Shown here in pieces: positions 18,649 to 30,656 of a stretch of 64,000 nucleotides of DNA. The notes under the pieces were generated by a model. It had not been told where the DNA came from, did not search any database, and saw only the letters and a list, made by a program, of their open reading frames with translations. The first letter of the stretch is position 1, and every line of letters begins with the position of its first letter. Made by a program: the position numbers and the translations under genes. The DNA comes from an uncultured virus (IMG/VR IMGVR_UViG_3300014819_000515). Taxonomy: Duplodnaviria; Heunggongvirae; Uroviricota; Caudoviricetes. The stretch lies in the IMG/VR virus record IMGVR_UViG_3300014819_000515, one strand, 5' to 3'.

Positions 18649-21600
18649 TTATGCTGCTAAAGCTATTCCTCTTAAATCTCTAATAATAGGAGGATAAGAA
18701 GAAATACTACCTTTCATAACTATTTTAATTTGAAATGCCGTAAATGTGTTTATACCTGAAGCTGAATATTTGTATTCTTTAAATACGTTATCATTTTCTG
18801 CAGGCGTAACACTTATATCTTCTGAACCATCTGTATTAAAAGGTGTCCAAGATAAATCGTTTATGTTTCTTACTTCTTCAGCACCTGTAACTCTAAAGAA
18901 AACTAAAACTTCTGAACTTGATCTTACGTTCTGAGTCAATCTAACATCCAAAGCAGTAGATTTATTTTCTAAAGTAATTGGTCTTGTTACGTAAACAGCG
19001 GCTGATGATGTTCCTGTAGGACTTGTATCAGCTACAAAATTTGGCGTATTGCCTGATGTAGGATTATTTAATCTATTTTGTACAGCAACCATACTCATAC
19101 GTTTAACATCTAATACTGGTGATATTTTTGTACTAGATGTTGTCATTGTTAAATTTACAAATAAAGATTTACCACCTAACATCTCATTTGTTTCATTTAT
19201 AGAACTTGCAACAAGTTTAGGTGAAGTAAAGTAAATATTATCTCCAGGTATTACGCTTATAGCGTTGGTAGCACTTGTTAAACTAAATTCAGTTTCAGAA
19301 CCGTGAATTGATTTACCTGAAGTTGGTCTCATATCATATGTGATTGAAGTACCGGGTACTGTAAGTGTAGATATGTTTAAACAAGATAAATCAAATAATC
19401 TATTTTGTGTGGCCGTTACAGTTGATCCGCCAATATCTCCTGTAGCAGTTGCCGTACCAGCTGTTGTAATATCATAACTATCTAAAGTTACGTTTGTAAT
19501 ACTTGTATATGTTCCATTAATATTTGCTGAAGAAATTCCGTTATATGTACCTGCTGCCACGCCAGCTATTGTAACATTATTATTTGAACCGTGCATTCCG
19601 TGATTTTTATGAAATACTCTTATTACTCCTGAAGTGTTTGTTGTTCTTAATGAATTATTTGGTAAAGTTTTTACTGGAACACTATCATTTACAAGTGTTA
19701 CTGTACCTGTTACATTACTAAATTCTGCACGATTAATTTTAAATTTTATATCTTCTTCTTGATCGGCCGTCCAAGTTGAACCGTTTTGTGATTTAAAGAA
19801 AACACCGGCATAAGGGTTTTCAGATATTGTTCTGTTTGAACCGATTTGTGTATCTCCCAATCTTGCAACAAAGGCGTTATAACTATTACAATTACTTAAT
19901 AAACAAAAACAATATTCAGTTTTTTCTTGTAAATAAACTGGAGAAGGAAAAGTAAATTTAGTTGATGTACTTGCATCATCGCTAATATTAACTGAACTTG
20001 GATTTAAAACAACTTCACCAAAAGGCACAATTGTACGAGAAGGATAACCATTTACAACTTCTCTTATTTGCATTGTAACAGGAATATTAGCATCTTTTGA
20101 TTGAAAATAACACTCAATAGATGTTACAAAAACACCATCAGTGTCATCAATTAAAAATGTTTGTGCAATAGGATCAATCCAAGCTACAACTTCTGTTGTT
20201 GTTCTAGTTGATGTTCGTGTAATATTTCTTGTATCATTTACATCTTGTCTAACTAATTGTGGTTCTCTTGTTGACACAATTGTATTTTGCACCGTTTCTA
20301 AAGAACCTTTAGCTATATAATCTGCTTCAGCAGAAGTTTCAACGTCTGTTGTTGAATTTGTAACTGAACTTGTTAATCTGAATACTCTTTGACCGGTTCT
20401 CCATCTAGGATTAGAGTCGTTAGTTGCATCAGGTATAGCAAAAGTTCCTGATACAGCACCATTGGCGTCTGTAACCAAATTACCACTTAATGAACCACCT
20501 GTTGGTGTAACATATGCTGTGATAGCTACATTATCAAAATAAGGATAAACTCTTGTATTTGGTTTCATTCTAGTAGCAGTAAAATTAATTGTTCTACTTC
20601 TAATAAATGGTATGAAAGCTATATTTAATACTCTATCACCTAAAGATGTTCTAACAACCTGAGGAACTAAAGATGATCTAACACCTGTTCTAGTTGAAGA
20701 AACTGCTTGAGATGTTGTTGTTGTAACATCGCCAAAATCAACTGTCCATCCACCTGACCTTCCTCTTCTAACATTTGATACACTTGAAGTTTCTACTGGC
20801 GTACCTTGCCAAAAATCTTGCCATTCATTCCACACTGTATCTATTTCTATACTATCTAAATTAGGATTACCTAAATTAGCGGCCATTGTATCAAAGGCAC
20901 CTTGTTCATTAATTAATAAATCAGGAACTCTATTTGTTTCTTTCCATTCATCGCCTGGAGGATCAAGGGTAACTGAACCTGACCAAGTAAATACATTAAA
21001 AGGATTTACATTTACGTATTTGCTTGCATATGGTTGATTTATAATTGTAGTTTCAGTGTAAGGTAATGTAATTAAATCTCCTGTTTTTTGATAGTTGGCT
21101 GCTGTTCTATCAGCTGCTAATATTGCAGTGCCATCATCATCTGCTTCAATTAATTGTACAGACTCAGAATTAAATAAAGGTCTAACATAACCGCCGGCCA
21201 TATCCATAGAAACTTTGTAATCTAAATTTCCTACATCTCCTATTCCGTGGCCTGTAAAATTATCTACAATAAATCCGTTTTTAAACCTATCAAAACCTTC
21301 AGCGTCTTGTATTTGTAAAGATTGTGCTTGTGTTTCTAGTAGAGATAATTGTGTATAGTACTCTACATTTTCAATTCTTTTTTCTAAACGGCCAATATCT
21401 CTCATAGTATATCGTTTATTGTCTTGTTTTTTAATTATAAGATCAGACGTATTCAAAGTATATGCTTTTAAAAATATAGTATATAAATGCATAGCATTTT
21501 CAAGTCCTTTTGGAATTTGTGGACTTAAAGAGCCGGCACCTTTAAGAACTCTAAACACTCCATCTTTATCTAAAAATATTTTATCAACTCTAGGTAAATA

Positions 21601-24600
21601 AAATTCTAAATCTGTAGTTACATCTGAATTAAATTGCACAATATCAACTGTTGAATTTCCTGAACCACTATATTGTCTATTTTGTATTGAACTTGTAACT
21701 GTAGATGCATCATCTACTCTAGGCCTAAAATCTAAACAATCTCTTAAATCATATTTTACACCTGTTGTATCAGAATTATATGATGGTATATCTTTATAAT
21801 CTATTACTCCCGAATATGAATCAACATCAAAATAATCTCCTGAACCGTGTGAGAAAAAATCAAAATTAATTAATAATCTTCCTATTGGTGCAATTGCGCC
21901 TGTTTTTAATTTAATTCTACCTATATCATAAAAATTATCTCTTTGACCTGTATCCAATTCAAATCTTGACGTAACATTTGTACTACCAGTTGTTGCGGCT
22001 GTACTAAAATCTGCTGACATATAAACAGCATTTATTTTATAAACATCTGCTTTTGCTAACCCTATTGTTCCAGATTGTATTATTGTTTGAGAAGAAATAG
22101 CAACTGTTTGATTAATGTTTAATGTTTTTGTTTTTGAACTTGCAACACTTCTTTGAACTGTTGCTAAAATTTTAACTTTGTGTCCTGAATAATTAGCACC
22201 AAAATCTAAAGTTAATGTTTTTCCTGTTGGTGAACCACCTCTTACGAATGTAGAAAATCCTTCGTGATTATTTCCTGATAAACTCAATACGTTTCCTACG
22301 GCGCCTGAAGTACCTGCACCCAATGTCATAATAGAAACTGAAAAATCTTTTTCTGTTAAAGCAGGAAATGTTTCATTTGTACCAGCTGTAATTGTTACAT
22401 CACCATTTGCTGATAATGTACCTGTAAAATGTCGTCTTACATTAAAGTTTGTATCTGTTATACCACTATTTGCTGTAGTTTTTAATGTTTTAATTCTTGT
22501 ATTTGGTAATTGAAATATTGCAATGTTTTTATTTGAACCTTGTAATTTACCACGATTTCTAAATGCAACTGTTTTAGTAGAAACATCAGAACCACCAACT
22601 GCTGTTAATAATTGTAAACTTGTATTTGAGAAAATAGATTCAACAATTCTTGTAACTGAACTTCCTGCATCAGTAGTAAATGTAATAGAATCTCCAATTT
22701 TTAATTCAGTTAAAAATAAAGTACCAAATCCTGTAATCGCTGTACCACTATTTGCAATAGATATAGAACCAAATACTGGATAAACTTCACCAAAAGTTAA
22801 ATCTTTAGCAACGTCTGCCGTATAAGTAGGTGAACCTGCCATACCAACTTGTTTAACTTGTGTAAAATCAAAAATCTGAATACCTTTAAATCCATATCTT
22901 TCATTTTGTATAACTGCTGTTACACTTGAAGTAGCACCTGTAATTGTTTCTCCTTCTACAAATGTGCCTGTTACATTATTTAAAACTGTAACACCGTGTG
23001 CGGCCGTAGGCGCTGAACTATAAGAAGTTACATTAATTGCCGTATCACCAGCGGCATCAAATAATTGAAAAGTATTTGTTGTAGGATTTTTAACTGTAAA
23101 TACTGTGCCAGTTGTATATGCAACCGAATTAATAGCAAAAGAACCACCTGTTAAAGTAATTTGCATTCCTTCTTTAAATGAGTGTGCGTTTAATGTTACA
23201 ACTCCAGGACTTGCAACTGAAATACTTGAAACTGCTGCCGATTTTGTATTAGATATAGATTGAACAAAACCAAAAGCTCCTGATGTACCACCTGTTACTT
23301 TTTCTCCGTTAGAAAAAGCAGGCGCTGTTTTTACATTTAAATGTGTAAACATTTCTACATCAAATAGAAAATGTTTATAAACTGCACTTGTTAAGGCTGA
23401 ACTAGAAAATGTGTTTGCACTGGCCGTTCCGTTGTTTAATTCAAAGCCTCTTGACTTAGCACGACCAATTTGCGGTACTGTAACACCCACTGTTGATTGT
23501 TGTGTGCCTCTTGTAACTGTGGCTGTATCAAATAGATTAACATTTTTAAATGCTTCAACATCACCAGTAACAAATCCAATATCAGGTGAACCATATACGT
23601 TTGTAACGTTTACAAAATTTTCTACGTCAAATCTTGTATTGAAATTATTTTCTGTACCAAAATCTCTAGCTTTATCTATATCAACAAAAGTTGTTCCTAT
23701 AGTTTCAATTTCATAACCTTTTACATATGCTTTTCCAGGTGATAAACCTGCAGCTAATTTTGTTTCAACACCACCATTACCTGATGTGTAAATACCTCTA
23801 TTATTTCCTGATATTAAATGTTCTCTTATATCTAAATCAAATTCTCTTACTGTATAATCACCAGATTCATCAAACGTTCTTCTTGCTAGTGTATCTTCTA
23901 ATATGTTATATTCTGTTGAACGAACTTGGTTTTGTCTAATACCATTTGATAATCTTAATAATTCTACAAAATCGGCATCATCTGTTGATGTGATTGTTCT
24001 TTTAGATAATGTTAAATCTATTTTAAATCTATGAGCACCTGGTGCATTTACGTTTGATGAACCTTGAGCATTATCAACTAAAGTGCCATCTTCGTTAGAA
24101 GTAACAAAAGATTCAACAACTGTTAAACCTATTCTATAACTTGGTGTGTTTGTGTATTTGTCAAGTATTAATGTTTGTTCCGATACTGAAACGTGAAAAC
24201 CATTTATATAATAAACTCCTGCAGCTACACTAGCAGCAGAACCAGTGGCTGTTGAATTTACCACAGCAGTTGCTAAAACTGTTGCAACACCTACTGTTCT
24301 GGCCTGTATTGTTTCACCAGACGTAAAAACAAAAGATGTATTATTTGTTCCTGTTTTATTATATTTTACATATAGAGTATCTGGATCTGTACCGTCTGTT
24401 ACAACAGCATTAACGCAAATACCTCTAACACCTGATGTAACACCTGTTAATTCTTTACCAATATATTCGGCAACTGTAGCAAATGTTTTAGATGTAAGTT
24501 TTACAGCATAATAATCTAAATCAAAAGCAATTTCTCCTGGAAGAACCATTGCACCTTTTTCAAAAAGATGGTCTGATATTCTTTCAATTTGATTTTGAAG

Positions 24601-24732
24601 AATTGATTGTGATTGTGTTAACTCTCTAGCCTGTACTGCGAATGCTGGTCTAAAAAGAACTCTATGGAATTTCTTTGACTCAGCGTAGTCATCAAAGTAA
24701 GGTGAGAGGTTAAAGTCTGTTGGACTTGGCAT
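18649..24732 (-). CDS. large virion structural protein (DUF4815 / VrlC-like)
   Basis: N-terminal SPYFDDY..VLFRP..VQARELTQ; TLARRTFDESGDY; RYTMRDIGRLEKRIENVEYY; 2027 aa. Confidence 0.9.
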   Translation of the reverse strand: MPSPTDFNLSPYFDDYAESKKFHRVLFRPAFAVQARELTQSQSILQNQIERISDHLFEKGAMVLPGEIAFDLDYYAVKLTSKTFATVAEYIGKELTGVTSGVRGICVNAVVTDGTDPDTLYVKYNKTGTNNTSFVFTSGETIQARTVGVATVLATAVVNSTATGSAASVAAGVYYINGFHVSVSEQTLILDKYTNTPSYRIGLTVVESFVTSNEDGTLVDNAQGSSNVNAPGAHRFKIDLTLSKRTITSTDDADFVELLRLSNGIRQNQVRSTEYNILEDTLARRTFDESGDYTVREFDLDIREHLISGNNRGIYTSGNGGVETKLAAGLSPGKAYVKGYEIETIGTTFVDIDKARDFGTENNFNTRFDVENFVNVTNVYGSPDIGFVTGDVEAFKNVNLFDTATVTRGTQQSTVGVTVPQIGRAKSRGFELNNGTASANTFSSSALTSAVYKHFLFDVEMFTHLNVKTAPAFSNGEKVTGGTSGAFGFVQSISNTKSAAVSSISVASPGVVTLNAHSFKEGMQITLTGGSFAINSVAYTTGTVFTVKNPTTNTFQLFDAAGDTAINVTSYSSAPTAAHGVTVLNNVTGTFVEGETITGATSSVTAVIQNERYGFKGIQIFDFTQVKQVGMAGSPTYTADVAKDLTFGEVYPVFGSISIANSGTAITGFGTLFLTELKIGDSITFTTDAGSSVTRIVESIFSNTSLQLLTAVGGSDVSTKTVAFRNRGKLQGSNKNIAIFQLPNTRIKTLKTTANSGITDTNFNVRRHFTGTLSANGDVTITAGTNETFPALTEKDFSVSIMTLGAGTSGAVGNVLSLSGNNHEGFSTFVRGGSPTGKTLTLDFGANYSGHKVKILATVQRSVASSKTKTLNINQTVAISSQTIIQSGTIGLAKADVYKINAVYMSADFSTAATTGSTNVTSRFELDTGQRDNFYDIGRIKLKTGAIAPIGRLLINFDFFSHGSGDYFDVDSYSGVIDYKDIPSYNSDTTGVKYDLRDCLDFRPRVDDASTVTSSIQNRQYSGSGNSTVDIVQFNSDVTTDLEFYLPRVDKIFLDKDGVFRVLKGAGSLSPQIPKGLENAMHLYTIFLKAYTLNTSDLIIKKQDNKRYTMRDIGRLEKRIENVEYYTQLSLLETQAQSLQIQDAEGFDRFKNGFIVDNFTGHGIGDVGNLDYKVSMDMAGGYVRPLFNSESVQLIEADDDGTAILAADRTAANYQKTGDLITLPYTETTIINQPYASKYVNVNPFNVFTWSGSVTLDPPGDEWKETNRVPDLLINEQGAFDTMAANLGNPNLDSIEIDTVWNEWQDFWQGTPVETSSVSNVRRGRSGGWTVDFGDVTTTTSQAVSSTRTGVRSSLVPQVVRTSLGDRVLNIAFIPFIRSRTINFTATRMKPNTRVYPYFDNVAITAYVTPTGGSLSGNLVTDANGAVSGTFAIPDATNDSNPRWRTGQRVFRLTSSVTNSTTDVETSAEADYIAKGSLETVQNTIVSTREPQLVRQDVNDTRNITRTSTRTTTEVVAWIDPIAQTFLIDDTDGVFVTSIECYFQSKDANIPVTMQIREVVNGYPSRTIVPFGEVVLNPSSVNISDDASTSTKFTFPSPVYLQEKTEYCFCLLSNCNSYNAFVARLGDTQIGSNRTISENPYAGVFFKSQNGSTWTADQEEDIKFKINRAEFSNVTGTVTLVNDSVPVKTLPNNSLRTTNTSGVIRVFHKNHGMHGSNNNVTIAGVAAGTYNGISSANINGTYTSITNVTLDSYDITTAGTATATGDIGGSTVTATQNRLFDLSCLNISTLTVPGTSITYDMRPTSGKSIHGSETEFSLTSATNAISVIPGDNIYFTSPKLVASSINETNEMLGGKSLFVNLTMTTSSTKISPVLDVKRMSMVAVQNRLNNPTSGNTPNFVADTSPTGTSSAAVYVTRPITLENKSTALDVRLTQNVRSSSEVLVFFRVTGAEEVRNINDLSWTPFNTDGSEDISVTPAENDNVFKEYKYSASGINTFTAFQIKIVMKGSISSYPPIIRDLRGIALAA

Positions 24733-24740
24733 AAATCTCC

Positions 24741-26210
24741 CTAAAACTCAATTACTAATTTAATATTTTCAGTTTGATCTGAAGCTCTTGTTATTGGCGC
24801 TCTGTTTTCAATATACAAAACGTCACCTTTATGTCTATCTATTTCTGTATCTTTATAACCACTTGTAAATGTAATTTGGTCAGCAGTTTCACTTGCTGTT
24901 GCACTTGGTGTGCCTGTAGCAGCTGAAGTTGCACCTGTAATAACATTTGCTCCTGAAAATGCAGTTCTATTACCTAAAGAACTAAGTCCTTCGTCATTAA
25001 ATCTTGTTTGTATGTAATGTAAAATTCTATTTGTTGAATCATATTCTACAACTTTACCTACAGCACCTGTTGTTGCTTGAGTAATTTTTTCATCAACTGT
25101 AAAAGTTCCTGGTGTAGGAGAAGCAGCAAATCTTACCGCTTTTGTTCCTCTTAATGTTGTAGCAGAAGCTGCTGTACCACCTGAAAATGCATTTCTAATT
25201 AAAACAATTCTTCTAAAATCGTTTTCTGCTGTAAAGTCACCTGTGCTTGATGATTCTGTTCCTTCTAAACTTACGTTTATCATTACAAAAAAACCACCTA
25301 ATTCTTTTACTGCATTAAATCCGTGGCCACCTTTTGGTGGAATAATTACATCTATTTCTGCGCCTGATAAACTTGTTGCACCAGCAGAAACTATATCAGC
25401 ATTTCTTACATATGCAATTGTATAACCTGAACCAGCATTTGTAACTGTTACTGTTGTTACAACACCTCCTGATACTACAGCAGAAATTGTTCCGCCTGTA
25501 CCATCGCCTCTTATTGGAATACTTGTAAATGTTCCGTTTGTGCCACCTGTACCGCCAGATTTAATTTTTACTGTGCTGATTGCACCATCAACAGCAGCTG
25601 AAGATATTGTAGCATCTGTAGCAACGGCCATAAAATCTGTTGATAAAAAATTTGCTTGTTGTGTTGCCGATAAAGAATACATATATTTCCACTTATAACC
25701 ATCAGCAGTTGTTAAAATAGATGTAGATGTTCCTGTTGGTTCCGTAGTCGAAGCTGCATTACCATTATTATCTAAACATTTATAAACGTTTCTTGCTGTA
25801 GTTAATACATAGAACGTTGCATCAAATAAAGTTGTTGCACCACTGTTTGCTGTTTGTGTTGTAGTTGTGCCTGTAACACGATTACCATAATCGTGTCTGT
25901 AATAATCATAGACTGTAGTTGTAGTCCAGTTTCTTCTTGGTATTACGAATGATGTATCTGAAGTTGTAATTTTTTTAACAGCCAGTAAATCATCAAACGT
26001 ATTAAATTCTTCTATAACACTATCGGCTGGGGTTATTGCAGCTGAATCTGTGCCTTGGTTTTCTGTTCTTAAATCACCTCTTGTTTGTGTAGCAAATGCT
26101 TGAGGTCTACCAATACCTAGGTAGTATACTTCTGGTGATGCTTCTGAAAATGACTCGCTAAATTGTTCAGCGTTATTGATTCTAAACTTATTTGTTATAA
26201 TTGCTGGCAT
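24741..26210 (-). CDS. gp8: baseplate wedge subunit gp8
   Basis: AIITNKFRINNA, VYKCLDN, DGYKWKYMY, ENIKLVIEF; late promoters at 26232 and 26262. Confidence 0.88.
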   Translation of the reverse strand: MPAIITNKFRINNAEQFSESFSEASPEVYYLGIGRPQAFATQTRGDLRTENQGTDSAAITPADSVIEEFNTFDDLLAVKKITTSDTSFVIPRRNWTTTTVYDYYRHDYGNRVTGTTTTQTANSGATTLFDATFYVLTTARNVYKCLDNNGNAASTTEPTGTSTSILTTADGYKWKYMYSLSATQQANFLSTDFMAVATDATISSAAVDGAISTVKIKSGGTGGTNGTFTSIPIRGDGTGGTISAVVSGGVVTTVTVTNAGSGYTIAYVRNADIVSAGATSLSGAEIDVIIPPKGGHGFNAVKELGGFFVMINVSLEGTESSSTGDFTAENDFRRIVLIRNAFSGGTAASATTLRGTKAVRFAASPTPGTFTVDEKITQATTGAVGKVVEYDSTNRILHYIQTRFNDEGLSSLGNRTAFSGANVITGATSAATGTPSATASETADQITFTSGYKDTEIDRHKGDVLYIENRAPITRASDQTENIKLVIEF

Positions 26211-26274
26211 AGTTTTTAGTTTCTTTTGTTATATTTATACAAGTTATTCAAACCTATTACTTATTTATACTCAT

Positions 26275-28791
26275 TTATGGTGTAGTTGTTATTGTAATTT
26301 CTGCTGGCATTGTAAGTTTTGTTTTTATAAATCTACCTAAGTATGTTGAACAAAATAATAATGTATTATCTTGTCCATTTAAAGATGTTCTTGTACCAAA
26401 AGTAACGTTATTACTTAATTCAGATATAGAATAATTTGTGCCAGTTGTTTTAAATGTTTTAAAAACTTCTCTATTGATTGTACCATAACGTGGGCCGGCA
26501 TAACCATAACCTTGACTAATCGTAATGCCATTAAATATATCTCTTACTCTTGATGTGTAATCGATTCTTATAGGCACTCTAACTAAAGTTACATCTCGTG
26601 TTGTATTACTAAAAGGAGATATTGTACTTGTATCAAAATCAGCAGGTATACCTAATTTAGCATTTGCTCTTAAAGTTGTGCCATCATCAATTGTACCTAA
26701 TCTTCTTCCTACAATTGTTGTAAATAATGTATTAATAATTGCAAAGAACGGCTCATCAATAACACCTGAAACATTTCCTATGATAGGCATAGATATACGA
26801 GCGTTCAATTTAGTTTGTATATTAACTTCGGACGCTAAATAAAAACCTGAAGTATGCATGGTTTTTTTAAAGTCATCTCGCCAATCTGAAATTGATCTAG
26901 CAACTTTTATAACATAAGAAAAATCTTGATAGTATAAACTATCTTGTATGTTCATTGTACTTTCAGAAATAAACCCATCTTCATTTATAAATCTACCATC
27001 TGTATCAGCAACAGAACCAATTGTTAAAGTAGCTGTAGCACCATCTATTTTTCTAATTGTAGCTGAACCACTTGAACCAACAACTGTGTTGCCTACACTA
27101 ATTGTACCTGAATTGTTTTTTAATGATAATAGACCTAATACAGAATTAAAACTTACTACAGTAGCTGTAACACTACCATTAATTGTTACACTGGAATTTG
27201 CAGCAAAAGTACCTGTTACTCCTGTAATAATACAATTTTTAAATAAATTAACAACAGGCGGCGTAGGAGATAATTGGTGATTTATTCCTAACTCAACTAT
27301 ATTTAAATCTAATACTCTACCTATTTTGCTTCCAAAAGCTTTTAATATAGAACCTGTACCTGAAGAACTAATTGTAACCGTAGGTAAAGAAGTATATCCT
27401 CCTCCATTGTCATATAAAAATATATCTGTTATATCGCCAATATCAGTTCCTGATTCTTGTACAAGTTTATTACCAAAATAAGTATCGTCTTGTGTCGTAG
27501 CTTCTTCTAATATAATGTGTTCTTCTGTTGTGCTTGTGCTATCTTCAGGTGTAAATCCTCCGTTAACAACAGAAATAAATCCTGCAGCTCCTGCACCATT
27601 TGTATTTGTGTTTACAAAAATTAAATCATCGCCAATAGAATATCCTGTTCCTGCATTGTCTATAATTATTTCTGTAATTCCACCTGAACCAATTGTTTTA
27701 GTTTGAATAATTGCACCGTCTCCTCCGCCTGTTATTGTTGCCGGCTCGGCTGTTGTATGTAAAGATCCATCATTTGATATTACTTTTGAGATAGGTATGC
27801 CTGAAATTGTTGCTTCAATTAAAATATCATCTATATCATCAACTGTTCCTGTTATATTTTCACCTACAACAAAACTTCCTTTAATACTATCTGAATTTAA
27901 AATAAATTCTGATATAGAAGTAGAACCAATTAAAAATTTAGTTACACTTTCAACTATAGCCGTTGCATTTGATGTTGTACCTGTTATTGGTCTGCCGACT
28001 AAATTAGAAGTTTCTCCTACTAAGGTTGTAGCTCTTAAAACTTTATTTGTTGTAAATTTACCATCAGATACTCTTAAAATTTGTTCACGTGGATAAAAAG
28101 TTTCTGATACTTCATCAAAAAGTAATCTAAAAAATACTTCGTGTCCTGTTTTTGTACCTTTTGACTTGTATAATGATTTAACATTTTTGATTAAATTTCT
28201 TTTATTAACATTAGAATTTAAATTTTCAGGTAACGTAGTTAAAAATTCATTTCTAAAGTTAGTTAAAAAATTAGATATAGCTTTATCAGGATCTCTAAAG
28301 TTTAATAACTCTTGTATATTGTTTACTGGATTTGGTTTGTAATTATTAACTACAGCACTTGCATTAGAAGATGTGCCTAATATAGTTTCTCCCATAATAA
28401 ATTTATCTTGTGCTACAATGAACAATCTACTGTTATCTAAATCTTCTGATAATATTGTAGATGTTGCTTTTGAAGTTTGGCCTACAATTGTTTCACCTCT
28501 TGTAAATTTACCAAACGTAGAACTTTCTAAAAGTATTTTATCTCCTTCATCTAAGGCTGTTCTATCAGAATCAATACGAGAGCCATCTAATAGTAATTCA
28601 TTCAATTGGTTTGTTTGAGTTTCTAATTGAATGCCGTCTGTAGTTTGAATTGATGTAACTGCTAACTCGGCAGCTTCCATAAATGAATAATATGTTTTTA
28701 AAAATTGTAAAAATTTAGGATGGTCGTCAAGTACAAAATTAGGTACTTGTGAACCTATAAGGTTTGAAAGTTTATCTTTGAATATAGCCAT
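26275..28791 (-). CDS. gp7: baseplate wedge initiator gp7
   Basis: FLKTYY, LYKSKGT..FFRLLF, IQDSLYYQDFSYVIK; position after gp6. Confidence 0.8.
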   Translation of the reverse strand: MAIFKDKLSNLIGSQVPNFVLDDHPKFLQFLKTYYSFMEAAELAVTSIQTTDGIQLETQTNQLNELLLDGSRIDSDRTALDEGDKILLESSTFGKFTRGETIVGQTSKATSTILSEDLDNSRLFIVAQDKFIMGETILGTSSNASAVVNNYKPNPVNNIQELLNFRDPDKAISNFLTNFRNEFLTTLPENLNSNVNKRNLIKNVKSLYKSKGTKTGHEVFFRLLFDEVSETFYPREQILRVSDGKFTTNKVLRATTLVGETSNLVGRPITGTTSNATAIVESVTKFLIGSTSISEFILNSDSIKGSFVVGENITGTVDDIDDILIEATISGIPISKVISNDGSLHTTAEPATITGGGDGAIIQTKTIGSGGITEIIIDNAGTGYSIGDDLIFVNTNTNGAGAAGFISVVNGGFTPEDSTSTTEEHIILEEATTQDDTYFGNKLVQESGTDIGDITDIFLYDNGGGYTSLPTVTISSSGTGSILKAFGSKIGRVLDLNIVELGINHQLSPTPPVVNLFKNCIITGVTGTFAANSSVTINGSVTATVVSFNSVLGLLSLKNNSGTISVGNTVVGSSGSATIRKIDGATATLTIGSVADTDGRFINEDGFISESTMNIQDSLYYQDFSYVIKVARSISDWRDDFKKTMHTSGFYLASEVNIQTKLNARISMPIIGNVSGVIDEPFFAIINTLFTTIVGRRLGTIDDGTTLRANAKLGIPADFDTSTISPFSNTTRDVTLVRVPIRIDYTSRVRDIFNGITISQGYGYAGPRYGTINREVFKTFKTTGTNYSISELSNNVTFGTRTSLNGQDNTLLFCSTYLGRFIKTKLTMPAEITITTTP

Positions 28792-28797
28792 AAAAAA

Positions 28798-30655
28798 TTA
28801 ATAGCTAGTTGAAGTTGAGTAACCCACTCCTGCATCAGCTGAACCACCTATAAAAGTATCTACTTCCACTGTAACATTAGAATTTTCAACATCAATCTCT
28901 ACGATTTGATCTCTTACTGGAACAATATCGTTTGAATTTGGTTTAACAATTAATTCTATAACTGTTGAAGCTTCACCTCTTATATTTTCCACTGTTGTTA
29001 TGTTTAAAGAATTTAAAGTAATTTGTCCTGTTGCATAACTAATTGTGCCTTGCGTATTATTTGCATATGTTCTTACTCCACCTGATGACCTATATCTTCT
29101 TACATTACCTGCACCATCATCATCTAAAAAATAAATGTTAGTTGTGTCACCACTTATTTTAAATCCTGATGACTCTAAAATACCACCTTGTGAAGCATTG
29201 TAACCTGACACAGGATTATATAATGCGTTTCTAAAGTATATGTTATATTTTGTAGATGAACTTAGAGTAGGTGTAAATGTTTTTTTAATTTTTATTGTTG
29301 TTATGTTTGATATTATACTTGTATCTGTGTTGTCAATTAAACCTAATAGTTTTGAATATCTGAATATACCATCAAATTTCTGTAAAGTGTTTGTATTATA
29401 ATCAGTAATAGTGTTCAATACATCCGATTTTAAAGTTGCAGCTGATTTAGTAGTTAATCTTGAATCGTATTTTACATTACTTGTAATTAAAACAGAAGTT
29501 GTTTCAGGATCTACAATAACTGGCCTTACTGAAGCAACATTAAACGGTTTTAATGATGCCACTATACTTGCTTTAGTAGAAGTTGTCAATGTAGAACCAC
29601 TGGCCGCTTTGATTGCAATTTTAACTGTACCATAAACAGGAGTTTCATCATCTTCTCCACCCCAAGCACTGACTGATAGAGCATTAGGATAAATTGATTT
29701 TACAATTGTTTCATAATCAGAAGTTGTTACANNNNNNNNNNTGTGTGGCATAACCTAAAGGTGCATTAAAACGAATTGACTCTTTAGATTCAGCTGCATT
29801 ACCACCTTGTGATACAGAATTAGTTGTAATTGTAATATCAGAAAATCCACCGATAGTTGTTGCTAAACTAAATGTAGAAGCTCCATTTGATTCATCTCTA
29901 TTTGTAACAATATATTCTAAAATTACTATATTGCCTGTTGAAACGGCCGCACCTAAAACACCATCACCAAAATAAACTTCAAATTTACCATCATCTACTT
30001 CTTGTAAAAAATAAACTTTAGATGTATCTGTAACACTATTAAAACCACCTGCTAATGAATAAATGTTTGTAGTTGTATTTGTAGAACTTTCTTGTACTGA
30101 TACTTTGAGTGTTGTTGTATCAGCATTTGCATTTTGAATTATGTATTTTTGGTCTGGATCTTCATTATCAACTGTATATCTAAATGTAACTAACGTGCCT
30201 TCGTAAATATCTACATCTGAAAAATTAAATACACCATTTGTAGGTGTAATTGTATAATCTTCGTTTGTTAAATATTGATAGCCTACTCCTGAAACTGTAG
30301 TTGTAAATATTGTGCCTTTTGGCATTGTTAAAGTTGAACCTGTTGCATCATTTACTTCAATATCTATACTTGCTACTGGTGATCTTACTGATGATGGTGT
30401 GTAGTTTAACATTTTAGCTAACGACACAATATTTTTTCGTATGTCAGCACTGTCTAAGTACATTTCGTTTGCTAACATATTAGCATTGAAGCCTAGATAG
30501 TGTGTGTTGTATGCTAATACATCTAAAAGTATAGAAAAGCCTGAACCTTCAAAATTATAATCTTGAAATTCTGTTTGACTTTGTAAAAATGTTTTTAAAT
30601 TTGCTTTTATACTATCAAAATCAAAATCTGATACTTCTAATTTGTTACTTGCCAT
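28798..30655 (-). CDS. gp6: baseplate wedge subunit gp6 (single gene split by an N gap)
   Basis: DFDFDSIKANLK..LLDVLAYNTHY; ESIRFNAP.. [gap] VTTSDY..SAWGGEDD. Confidence 0.92.
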
Positions 30656-30656
30656 C

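Noticed and set aside
17533..29635. Many plus-strand ORFs (60-133 aa) antisense to structural genes
   Set aside because: Shadow frames from codon bias of Thr/Val/Gly-rich genes; no RBS or motifs.
29717..29751. Apparent split/frameshift of gp6
   Set aside because: The break coincides with an 11-N scaffold gap, and the flanks read as one protein (FNAPLGYAT..VTTSDY).
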